Assembly (NCBI GenBank): GCA_013239625.1
Contig: MU054323.1
Location: 8,855,220-8,919,219, forward strand
Reading direction: 5' to 3'
DNA: 64,000 nt
DNA from: Lama guanicoe
Lineage: Eukaryota
Of this stretch, positions 45,750 through 57,300 are shown piece by piece; positions within the stretch are counted from its first letter, which is position 1, and every line of letters begins with the position of its first letter. The notes below the pieces were generated by a model. The model ran no database searches. It was not told where the DNA came from and was given only the letters and a program-made list of their open reading frames with translations. The translations under genes and the position numbers were made by a program.

Positions 45750-46500
45750 GGCAGCTCTCCCCCTTGGCCCACAGCAGCCCCAGAGCACCCCCACTTCCCC
45801 ATGCCTTCCCCGCCCCCACAACACCCAGGCGCCCCCAGTGCACGGCTCTGCCCTGCCCACACCCACCTCCGCCGGTCCTCGCGGTCAGGCCTCGGGGGGC
45901 TGCTCGGTGCCCAGAGGGCGGCCCATCGCCCGACTCCGTGGCGCTGCCCCTACCCCATCCCGGCGCGGGCCCGGCGAGGCGGGCAGCGCTGGACCGAGCT
46001 GCGAGCAGAGGGCGGAGACGTAGCGAGCGCGGGCCGCGGGGCTGCGGAGCCCCAAGAGCTTCCACTGGCCGCACAGTCTGTCCGAGAGCGGGGGGCGGTG
46101 CCGGCGCGGCCTGGCGGCTGGCTTAGGTCCCCGGTGCGGGAGGCAGTGCGGCTGCCTCCGACGGCCCCTGCAGCGGGATGTGACCGTCCCGGCGAGTCAG
46201 CCGCCGCCTTCTGCAGAGCTGGCCCCACTCGCTTCGCCGCAGCCCGGCCAGGACGTGCCGGCCCGCCCCGCCCCGCTGGGGTTCTCGCCGCCGTCATCAC
46301 CGCCCCCCCAACCCGGTTCTTTCGGGGCTCCTCCCACGACCCTCCCATTGGCGGCCTCCCGGGTCCCCATCCCTGCCCATCCGGCTCCACCAGCTGAGCC
46401 CGGGGGCGGGGTAGGGGCTGGGGTGGGGGTGGGGCGAGAGGGCATGGGAGAGGCGCAGGTGCGAGGGTCTCGGGCACCTGGGAGGCCCCTCCTACCCCGG
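45750..46500. promoter_or_regulatory. CpG island / FNDC4 promoter and first exon
   Basis: Very high GC and CpG density, multiple GC boxes. Confidence 0.85.
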
Positions 46501-46789
46501 ATGGAATTAGCCAAGTTAGGAAGAGGAATTCCACCTCCGGTGAGGGAGGGGACAGAGTGATTGAGATAATAATTATTTTGAAAATTTCCTACTTGTAGAC
46601 TGCGTCAGCTTTTAAGTGCCTTCCCCATTCATAATCTGATATTGATTCCCTTCATTCTCTTATTCATTCTTTCACTTATTAGGCAAATATTTATTGAGCG
46701 TCTTCTATGTGTCTGGCATGTTAACAGCTGGAGATAACGGCGATTATTAAGAGTGCTGGGTTTATAGGGGAAGTTAACAACCACCTTTG

Positions 46790-47215
46790 TCTTACTGTGC
46801 GCCTTACTGTGTGGCCTTGGAGGAAAAGGTTAATCTAAGTCTCAGGTTTCCCACCTGTAAATCAGAGCCCCCAAAACCTCACAGGGCTGTTGTGAGGATC
46901 AAATGAGACAATGTTGGGGAACGATTTTTATAAATCTTACAACACTGTGTGAATGAAAGATTATTATTAATTCACAGTAATTTGTTAGTTACTTCATTCA
47001 CTCAATAAACACATAAATCCTTCAGTTTGGCTGAAACCTGGGTGTGAGTCCCAATTCTGTCAGCTGTATGATCTTCAGCAACTGACTTAACTTCTAGACT
47101 GAGCTTCAGTTTTATCATCTGAAAAATGAAGGTGTTGATATCATCTTAGTGTTAATGCATCTGATGAAATACTCTATGTGAAAAGTGCATTGCTCAGTGT
47201 AAATAAATGTTGGCT
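46790..47215 (+). mobile_element. Two MIR remnants
   Basis: ctcaggtttcccacctgtaaa...tgttgtgaggatcaaatgaga and gagcttcagttttatcatctgaaaaatg. Boundaries approximate. Confidence 0.6.
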
Positions 47216-48974
47216 AAAGTTGTATTTAGGGCAGATGCTTTAGTTTCTAATTCTCATAGCAGTATGTCTATTTCTGTGGCACTTTCTCCTGTAACATCCA
47301 GTTCAGTATGTGCACCCCTGGGGCTCTAAAGCTTCTGTTGCTTTTCTTCTGAGAGGAGAGAGTGAAATGGGGTAACTGGGGCAGGGAGGACTGTGTGTGC
47401 TGAGCTTGTGATCAAGCCATGGTCCAGGTCTTCTGACCTCTGCTGACCCTGAAGCTCTTGATCTCTGGCCTCCTGATGCATCCTGGTTCCAGAGCACTCA
47501 TGCCCAGGGATACTCTTTGCCCTGGGCCTGGGTTTTGTCCTTCCAGGTTCCAGGCTCTCTAGAGAAGAGGACATTGTACTAAGGACAAGAGTTAGGAACT
47601 TGGGTCTTGCTCTTCAGGGGGCAAAGCAGAGGCTGAAGAGTCTGCAAAGAGGGACCTCAGGAGCTCCCCTGGGGTGACCAGAGGGTTGGGGGGGGCTAGT
47701 GACCAGGAAAGGGTGCAGGCAGAGGCGCTGAGAGGGTGTGGTGCTTAGAGAGGCCAGAGTACTTGGGCTAATCATTACTGTGGCTCAGATAAGGCCCTGC
47801 CAGCTGCAAGCAGAGTCAGTGTGACAGAAGAGTTTGTGTGGCTGAAGAGGCAGGTACAGGGGTGTGTCCCTAGCATCGGACCATGCCAGGGACAAAACGG
47901 TTTCAACATGGGATTGAGACACCAGAACCTGGCAAGTGGGAGTTAAGACCCCTTCTCCATGTTGGCCTTCTGCACTGATTCCTAGAATCCTGTCCCATTT
48001 AGACTTCCCTCCACCCTGGGTTTCTGTTCTCTCCCTCCTCCTCCCCATCTTCCTTCCTCATCTTCTTTCCCTGATAGGCCCAGAGTACCAGGTGCAAGCT
48101 AAATGCTTTGTGTGTGTGTATCCCAGATTGTGCCTGCTGCCACTCCCACCTCCAGTTCAGCAGGCGTGAATGAGGTTTTGGCTCCCTGCCTGTAACCTTG
48201 TCCCCTCTTCCCTCTGGGTATGCTGTCTGGGTATGAGGCAGCCCTGCCAATCCAGAGAAGTCAAACCCACCGACCCAGGATCTGGACAAAGCAGATGCTG
48301 AGCAAATTGTTCAGCTGCTGGGGCAATGTGATGCTGAGATCTTCCAGAAGGAGGGACAAGTCATGCCCACCTACCAGGTGACCCAGGCCCATCCTCCTTT
48401 GTTTCACTCCACAAATACATAAGCCAACCCCAACCTCACCTCTACCTCTGCCCTCTCAGACCATGGTCCCTAATTTTTGAAATCCTGAGAGAACCTCCAC
48501 TTCACCCATCACCCCCTAGTCCACTGTCCTTTTTTTTGGCTGCTGATGTCTGTCTGTTGCCTACAGAGACTCTACAGTGAGTCAACTCTGACCACCATGG
48601 TATAAGTGGCTGGAAAAGTTCAGGAAGCGTTGTAAGTACCAAGTCTCCATCTGCTACCTGCCAAAACTTGTCTTCCTCTCTACTTTTTTCTTTTCTTGGT
48701 CTCTATTTTTCACTTTCTTAGACCTCAGTTCTCCTTTCTCTCAGTCCTTTCTGTGGGGTCCTTATTATCATCTTATTAATCAGTAGTAATTGTAACTATT
48801 ACTGCATCATACTTTATAGTTGACCATGCACTTTCACACCCATTACCTTCACAAAAAACTTGTGAAGTTGGTGTTATTGTCTCCACTTTTTTCAGATGGG
48901 AAAACAAAGACTTAAGATAATCACAGTAGTTTACTGAAATACACTAGCTAATAATTGCTGGATAATGCTGATTC

Positions 48975-49045
48975 TATTTGTCTGTCTGTCTGTCTGTCTA
49001 TCTATCTGCCTACCTACCTATCTATCTTTCTATTTATCTATCTAT
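48975..49045. repeat. Compound tetranucleotide microsatellite (TCTG)n(TCTA)n(CCTA)n
   Basis: Directly visible. Confidence 0.9.
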
Positions 49046-50702
49046 GAATGACAAAGCTGCTTTCAGACCTTTTTGGAAAAAGCAAGCATTTGAATAAGTA
49101 GCCATACTTGGAGTCAGACTGAAGTTTCTTTCTCAAATCGAAGGTTTCTTTCTGCTGCACCACGGTGGCTATGTTCTCTTCACTTTTGTAACAAGAGGGA
49201 GGTATTGTTACTGACAAAGAAAAGAATGTGCTTCCCTCAACCTGAGGAGGGTTCTGGAGACTTAGGCATTTTTCCTTTCTCAGGAGCCTGGGGGGAGGCA
49301 GTGGGGCTGGTGGGGCTGAGTGGAGGGGGCACCTCTGGGAGGATGGCATTCTTCATGTCGGTGAGTACTTTGATCCCTGGTTTTGCTCCTTCTGCCTTCT
49401 CAGGGTGACACTCAGGATCATAAAGCTCATCGTAACTCAGCTCCTAGGTGGAGCCCTCCAGCTCCAGCTTTCTGTCTTCTCCAAACCCTCGATCTCACTA
49501 TGGAGTCCCATTTCTGCTGAGCCCATCTGAGCCCCTGGTCTACTGTCAATGTCTCTCCATCCCAGCACCCCAAGTCAGTCGTCTCCAAGGAGCATCTTTA
49601 AGTGCCAGATTCCAAGCAGTACTGACTTAAGCACTGGCCTGGAGAATCATTATACAGCTTCTCCCCTGTAGGTGTTGAAAATCCAAGATAATCGTTCCTT
49701 CACCGACATTACTATTTCATGTTCTCTCCCCCTTCGCAGGTCTCCTTTAACCAGCTGATGAAAGGTCTAGGACAGAAACCTCTTTACACCCCTCCTCATT
49801 GCCAGAGGTAACAGGTAAGCCAAGTTAGCCTATGAATATTGTGTTTGGCCTGAATAATGTTTTTAAAAAATTAAATCTGAATTATTTTAGATAGAGACTG
49901 TGTCCAGTTTGCTTTGGTCCCACCATTCCTTATTGCCTCACACTTGGCCCACATTACATACTTATGTTGCCTGAATAGCCCTTGTAGGTATTTGAGTTCT
50001 TCAACCCTAGAGAGCATTTATCATGGTGCCTGACAAATAGTAGGTACCCATTCAGTGATAATTTTCCCTTCATTCCCTTCTCTCAAAGCAGCCAGCCCTA
50101 ATAAATTGTAGGCTTCTGCATCCCAACCAGTACCACTGACCTTGAGTCTGGCCTGTTAGGTCTATGGTGGCCTCTAGGGAGGGGACAGAAGATAGTGCCC
50201 TGGATGGGACTGAGAAATTGAAGAAGGTCTGTGTTTTCCACTGACAGTCAACCAGAGACCTCTGCCCTTTGCTTCTCATGGAGGCATAAAAGCCCCAATA
50301 TCCCACTCCCTGCCCTGGCTCTTGCCCTGACATCCCTGCCCAATAGGTTTGTATCCTAGAGTCCTCTTGGTGGCACTACCTCACCTGTTCTCTCCTAGGT
50401 GGCTGCTGGGAAGAAGCTGGGTGACCATCATTGGCATTTTGGTGAGACTCTATGTAAGTGTGAAGACAGGCTGGGTGGGTCGATTTTACAGGAAGAAAGG
50501 GGGTGGGAGTGGAATAGCATGGAAGATACATTGACAAGATTTATCTAGATTTATCTAGAAAACAGAAAGGCTTTCTTAAGGAATTTTGATTTTGCTCTCA
50601 CTAATTAGGATCCAGTGGTATGACTGTGGGACGAAGGGGAAGGAATCCTATCAGAATAACTATGTACCAATCCATTTGACAACCAGAATAGATGGACTAG
50701 TC

Positions 50703-51390
50703 CAGGGATCAGCAAACTAAGCTGGCTGGTCAGTCCAGCTGCTGCCTGTTTTTATAAATTAAATTTTACTGAAACACAGCCATTTGTATTTACATATTGT
50801 CCACGGCCATGTTCATACTTCAACAGTAGAATTGAGTAGTTGGACAGAGATCAGAGGACCCCAAAAGCCTAAAATATTTACTTTCTGGCTCTTTACAGAA
50901 AAAGCTGACCTAGGACTAGTCCTCTGCTCCTTAAAGTGTGGTCCTTACACCAGCAACATCAGTATCACCTGGGATTTGTTAGAAATGCAGACTGTCAGCT
51001 CCCCCCACCCCCACCCTGGACCTACCGAGTCTGAATCTGCATTTTAGCAAGACTCCCAGGTAATTTGTTTGAGAAGCATTGAACTAGATGACCTCAAGTT
51101 TCCTCTCAACTCTGCAGCTTTGACTCTGACTCCAAAAATTCACTGAGCAGAAACTAGACCCCAGCAAGCACTAAATGTGGAATGAGGCACACGAGAAGAC
51201 TAGGACACAGACCTTATGGAGCTTGCAGTTTGTTCAGTATTTTCAAACCTTAACATGCAGAAGATTTTCTTGGGGGAACTTGTTAAAAATGCACGGCCGT
51301 GGACCCTCCCATTTGAATTCTGATCCAGTGGATTTTAGCTAGGCTCAGGAATCTGCATTTAAACAAGTATGGGGGGGGTCCTGATGCACT
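50703..51390. mobile_element. Cluster of hAT-Charlie MITEs (MER58-like then MER5-like)
   Basis: cagggatcagcaaacta...cctaaaatatttactttctggctctttacagaaaaag (MER58-like); cagcaacatcagtatcacctgggatttgttagaaatgcag and aggaatctgcatttaaacaag (MER5-like). Names from recall. Confidence 0.65.
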
Positions 51391-52640
51391 AGAGTAACCC
51401 CCCTCATCACACCCTCTTCTCTTTCCCTACCATCAGGCTCCCTTTGTGGCAGGCCAGATAGACGACTGCATGGATAACCCAGCTGTCTTTTTGCCAGTCC
51501 CGATTGGTTTCAACCCAGTGAGCATGGCCAGGTGAGCCTTCTGTAATGAAAGGTGGAAACTGGCCAGCCCCCTGGGGGAAGCTAGTAAGGAGGGGAATCT
51601 GAAAATCTATAGTACAATCACAAAAGAGAGGGCAGGGAAATAGGGTCTTTTTCACCAAATCTCAAATTATTAAAATAACTATAAAGTAAATATTCCTAAG
51701 CTTATGAGGTTTTTTGTTGGTTGTTTTTCTCATTTCAGAAAGGATTGAAGGTAGCTTACAAAGGATACCTAAAATAGCAGAAGGCATACGTTTAAAGCAG
51801 AGAGTGAAGAAGCAAGGAAAACAAGGGTCAGAGGATAGAATGGGGTCAGGAAAATGCACACCACAAAGATCTGTACTTTCATCTGTGGTAGAGCGCAAGC
51901 ATCTTTCCAAAGAAGGAGTAGTGGGTGCTCACTGGCCTCCTAGTCTCCTTTGCCCAGATCCCTTATTTTAGGGCCCTTTCTTCTTCATTGCAGGCATCCT
52001 TTTGGTCCCCGCTGGCTACTCACATCCGCCACTCTGTTCCCCTTTCTGAGATCCCTGTGCCTCCAAACCACCTCCCGCTTGTTCTCTAAATGGCCACTTT
52101 CATCTCAAAGAATTAAACCAATAATTCTCAGGTGTGGTTCTGTGCATGCACTGCCTTGGGTCTGTTAAAAAAAATAAGAACTACCCTTGTGGGAGAGGTC
52201 TGATGTTGTAGGTTTGGGGTAAGGCCTTTAAATACCTATTTTTTGAAAGCATCCCTGGAGATTCAGATGCACAGCCAGTCCTGGGAAAGTCTGCTAAATA
52301 AACCACTGGAGTGGGCCGCACAATGAAGATGAGGGCTTCCTGTCTCTGGAGGTATTCCAGTGAAGGCTTGTGGATTACTCAAGAGCTTTGTGTATTTAGT
52401 GGTGGTCTTGGGGAGAAGGACAGCTGAATTCTTTCTGGGGTAACTTTTCAACTCCCAGATTCCAGGCTTGCAGTGTAATTAACATGAAGGTATTAACGAG
52501 CCAGATCTCTTTTAATGGAGGACTTTCCTTCACCAAAAATGTATCTGCTGCAGTGGATGCTAATTTCAGGCACTGTGACTAAGTGAAATGAAGGATTTCA
52601 AACAATGTAGGCGTGGAGATCTTCCAGTTTTTCCTTAAAT

Positions 52641-52830
52641 CAGTGGCTCCCAAACTTGCCTGATCTTCAGAGTCGTCTGGGAAGCTTTTTAAAACTACAG
52701 ATTCTTGGGCTCTACTCCAGAACTACTGAAGTGGACTCTCAGGGTGGGCGTGGAACCCCAAAATGGGTAGTTATTACAAAACAAACCTCCCCAGGTGATT
52801 TTGATGACCAGCCAACTCTGGGAGTCTCAG
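52641..52830. mobile_element. MER5-like hAT-Charlie MITE
   Basis: cagtggctcccaaacttg...ctccccaggtgattttgatgaccagccaactctggga. Confidence 0.6.
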
Positions 52831-54251
52831 TTTTCAACTACACAATAAATAGTCTCCTCTCTCTGCTTAGGTCTCCTCTGTCTTAGGTCTCTAGGAAGTT
52901 TCACAAGTAGTTTGAGGACAAATTATTGGAAACACTTTACCCATTGGGTGTAACTTGTGATACTTGTTTGCCCTAGAAATGGTACAGATTTAAAAAATAT
53001 AAAAGTATTTCAAGAAGGGATGGAATCTTTGTAGGAGTGCAATGATAAGAGGAAGTCAGGGAGGCCAGAGACAGAAGTAACTCTTTGAGGTCCTGCCACG
53101 ATGAGGGATTCACAACTTATCCCCTTTCAAAGCCAGGAGAGCCAATACAGATGCTCCCCATTCTTTGAGATTCCATGGTTGCACCTAAGCAGAAAACAAG
53201 CTTGTTGCTCTCCTCATCCACACATTGCTTTGTTCCTGATTAATTTATTGAAGGGCTGTTTCCCAGCTGTTAGGTTCTATGCTTCAGACGGTGCGGCTTG
53301 GTTCTCTCAGTAGGAACTGTTATCCCTCTCTCAGGTAGTGAGGGGTTCCCTATTTGGAGAGATTTTCAGAATGTATTTCCAGGAATTGGAAAGGCTTCTG
53401 ATAGACCCGAAGACTGAAAATAAGGTGGTGATTTTGATATTTGGATGATGGACGTTCCCCCAGGGGCCTGCAGAAGATGTGGCTGGTATGGTCATGGCAA
53501 TAGGACCTGTGGGAGGACCAGGACACAAGAAAATTCTGTTCTCAGGCTGGAATTTTAAACCCGAGTGTTGACTTTGCTCTGGGCTTAAACTGCTGAATGT
53601 TTTATTAACCTTCAGCCTTGGAGTTTAGGGACACAGTGCCCCTATGAGCATCAAAGCACATCTTTCTAGGAAATTGTTGACCTCTGACCCCAATCCCAAT
53701 GTGGTCTTTGATCTCGACTGCCATGTGAGGCCCTTCCTTTAGAGCCTCACAGAGATCCCCCCATCTCTCTGTGGACCCCAGAAGTGACCCCATTGAAGGT
53801 TGGAGTTCAACATTCCAACAAATAGCAGAGCAGATGCAGAAGGTGCAAGAGTAACAGGTAGCTTTTATGCTCAGTCCTGCGAATGGGGTAAGACCTCCCC
53901 TGACCCCTACCCCTTACCCCTACCTCAGGATGGTTTGCCACTTAGGGCCTCTGGTTTTAGGTTCTTGTTACATATTGTCTAAATTTTTGATGCTGTATGT
54001 CCACTAAAATGTTGTAAACCAAATGCTATTTTCTCATTTCATTTTTCACCTTAAGATGTTTTGTTTCCATTCTGACCCTGTCTCTTAAATCAGTAATCAT
54101 TAAACACCTAAATGGTCTACAGTAGTTTTCTATTTAAAGAAGCTCTTTTGCATCTGTGTATAGAAAAGATTGAACAGACTGGCGAATTGCTTTATGTCTC
54201 TTTTATATGTTTAAATTTCAAATACGGGCTTTAGGAAGAATGGGATGCTGT

Positions 54252-54341
54252 GGGGGAGGGTATAGCTCAGTGACAAAGTGCATGCTTAACATGTACAAGG
54301 TCCTGGGTTCAGTTGCTAGTACCTCCATTAAAAAATAAAAA
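54252..54341 (+). mobile_element. Short tRNA-derived SINE (camelid type)
   Basis: gggggagggtatagctcagtg (A box)...ggtcctgggttcagttgct (degenerate B box)...A-rich tail. Confidence 0.85.
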
Positions 54342-57300
54342 GGAAAAGCTTAGGATTGGGTAAACCACTCAGTCAAAGGGATCTGGGCAGGTCATCGGCA
54401 GTATACACTATTAAAAAAAAATGGAATATAGTTTCATTCTTCTGTAAAAGGGGACCAAAAGGGTGCCTGAAATGAAGGAGAAAGGGTCCTAAAATAACAG
54501 AAATAGCAGAAAACAAAATTGGTGTGGGCCTTCTAAGCCTCCAGCACTCCTGCTCCATTTTCCCCTCCACTGGATTGCAGCTGTATCTCACTAGTGCCGT
54601 CTGCCCTTCCTTTGACCTCACAAGAACTTTAGTCAAATCCCTGCCCCTGCCCCTCTCGGCCAGGGATGGGTACACCTGTGACACTCTCCTTGCTTTTCTT
54701 TTTTCAAGATAGGAAGTCAGGAACTCCGTATTACACACAAGTTCTCTATCTTTCATCTCCCAGGTGCTCATCTCTCCTCCTCTCTGCAGTTACTTATTTT
54801 TAATCTCCTTTTCTCAGACACTGCTTTTATCATTCTTTTTGCTGTTTGGTGTGTCATGTTCTATATCTGTACTTGTGTCTGTATCTTACAATCAATGACT
54901 ACTTTGTTGGCCTGCCCAAAGAACAAGAAGTGTGATGTTTGGATTAACAAACTATTTTAAAAGTGGGGGATGGAAGGGGCAGAAATCTCTCAGGAAAAAA
55001 AAAAAATCTCTGAAAAACCCTTATCTCCAGCCAGCAGGAGGCCCAATTACTCTGGCTTTCTCTCCAAAGTCCTAAATATACCACAGAAATGACCAGAGGT
55101 GGCCCTTCCCCTCTCTCTTCTCTTCTCTCAGTTAAGCCCTCAACCCAGCATTCCTCCTCACAGCACACTGGGGGCCACAGGTCCTACAGATGCATGCCCG
55201 GTGGCCACTAACAGATCACGTGTCCAAGAGCCATAACCAGATTGCATGCACAGTGGTCACTAACTAGTAAACTCTAGGACCCTCCTTCCTCTCCCAATTT
55301 CTCCTGGGTGTCATCACCTCCTCAGCCTGAGGGTCTCAATGGCTCCTCCCAGATGAAAGGTGGAAGCGCCACAAAGATCCTGCTGAAAACCCTGTTACTG
55401 GCAGCTCACAAGACTGTGGACCGCGGCATCATAGCATCTCAGAGGTAGGGAGGATCTGGACCAGAGAGAGATCAGAGTCAGGCAGTGGGTAGGGTGGTGC
55501 AGGTGGGGGAATGGCAGATCCAGATTTTTCCCCTGGGAAAGGAGCTGGTAGAGGGATGCTGCCATCCCCATCACACAGTCACAGAGTCTGGGTTGGTTCC
55601 AATGGACCCTCAATTCCTCAGGTCCGGACCTAATCCCTATGCCCATCTGGGACATCTAAAGCTAACCTAGCTTCCAAGAGTCTTTGATTTGGGGATGGTC
55701 CAGGTCATGCAGGGTAGAGTTCATCCTGCTGTGGGCCTCCCTCCCTTCCCAGGGTCTCTAGCCTAGCTTCTGCATTGCTTACTTACGTCCTCATCAACTC
55801 TCTGATCCCCTTCTTCTCCCAGTGCTCTTGATATCCTGTCCCTCTTTCTGTTCTTTAGTTTTGTGCCTGCTGAAGCCCTCTCTGTACCTCTTGAATGCAA
55901 TCTGGCTCAACTTACTGCACCTCCACCAGCAGAACTTAGTTTTAAGGGAATTGTGCCTTCCCCAGCCTGGGAGGTACATAGGCTTTCTGAGGGAGCCCTG
56001 CGCCTGCCCTGGGAGCTGGTGACCTTTCTCCAAGATGTCTTTTGGAAATCCTGCGGACATTTGAATGAGCTTATTAGGTTACCTATAGTCAAAGCCCCAA
56101 GATCGCTACCCTGATGAAGCAAGCCAGCACCAGGTGTGTGGATGTGTACTTGGAGAGGGGAAGTGGCCTGGGTGGGAAATGTCCTGAGAGCAGGGGAGAC
56201 CCTACGAGACATGTTAACATGGGGAGGGTAGTGGGTCTGCATGTTTGAGGGTCATGGTAGGCTTTTTGTTTGTTTACTCCTGTGTTCTTCCATGGGTATC
56301 TTTCTCTGATCTCTGGACTTTTTTCAATGTGATCTCTCCTCTCATGTCCTGACCTCTGCCCCATTCTCAGCCTGGAGAAAAAAGGCCAAGGGTACCTGGC
56401 TGGCTGGCAGACCCTGGGCATCATTGCCATCATAGATGTAATCGAGTGCATCCACACCTTTGGTGCTGGTGGAACCCCAGTCTAGACTTTCTTCATGATT
56501 CTTTCTGATCCAACCAATTGGTCTGCTATCTAAACTCTTCCCTACCCTCAATTCATAGCAGCTTCTCATTCAATGGCCATCCTGCCCTACCTCAATACAC
56601 ATTTCAAACTCTCCTTCCTTTGAACCCCACTCAGTACTTGATCCCTCAATTCCAAGCCCCATGCTTAGCTATGGCCTCCTATGTGTGTTACTCCTAACCC
56701 CTATACCCAACTTGTCACTTTTCCTTTTTCTTTTGTTCCATATTTTCCCCAGTTTATTAGTTTTTGTATTCCTATGTTTTTGAGGTAGACATGTTTTATT
56801 TAAATTTTTTACATAGTCAAATCTATTAATCTTTTTTTGTGTGTGTGTGTATGTGTGGTTTTTGTCTTTTGCTTGATTCCGGTTTTTATCTTTTTAACTG
56901 TATTGAAATCGTTTAAAATAAGGAGGCTTCCTTTAGAGCTCATAAATCTTTACTTGTAGAAATATTTTTGATGTAAACTCCGCCTACACTTTTATTTTGA
57001 AAAATTTCAAATCTGCAGAAAAATGGCAAGAATAGTACAATGAACACCCATATGCTTTCCCCAGGATTCACCAATCATTAACATATGCCACATCTGCTCC
57101 ATCTCTTTTTCCCCCTGAATCATCTGAAAGATATCTGGAGATGTCACGACACTTCACACAAATTCCTGTGTCCCCTAAGAACAAGGGCATTTGCCTACAT
57201 AATTACAATGTAATTATCACACTTGAGAAAATGACAATTAATACAATACTACTATCTAATATACAGACCATATTCAAATTTCCTCAGTTATTCCTATATT

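Larger units (their letters stand above)
47883..56468 (+). pseudogene. GCKR: Glucokinase regulatory protein unitary pseudogene, exons 1-12
   Basis: Exon remnants 47883-47942 (MPGTKRFQHGIETPEPGKWE), 48223-48377, 48567-48635, 49284-49360, 49740-49814, 50160-50226, 50399-50453, 51437-51531, 53782-53887, 55326-55444, 56035-56133, 56371-56468. In-frame stops at 48603, 48633, 53852, 56066, 56075; frameshifts in exons 2, 4, 5, 7; exon 1 donor TT; exon 2 acceptor TG. Syntenic position next to FNDC4. Confidence 0.93.

Noticed and set aside
45727..46560. Several 100-217 aa ORFs on both strands
   Set aside because: An artefact of extreme GC content in the FNDC4 CpG island.
50539..50559. Short tandem duplication atttatctag x2
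   Set aside because: Only two units in pseudogene intron; ordinary slippage with no array structure.
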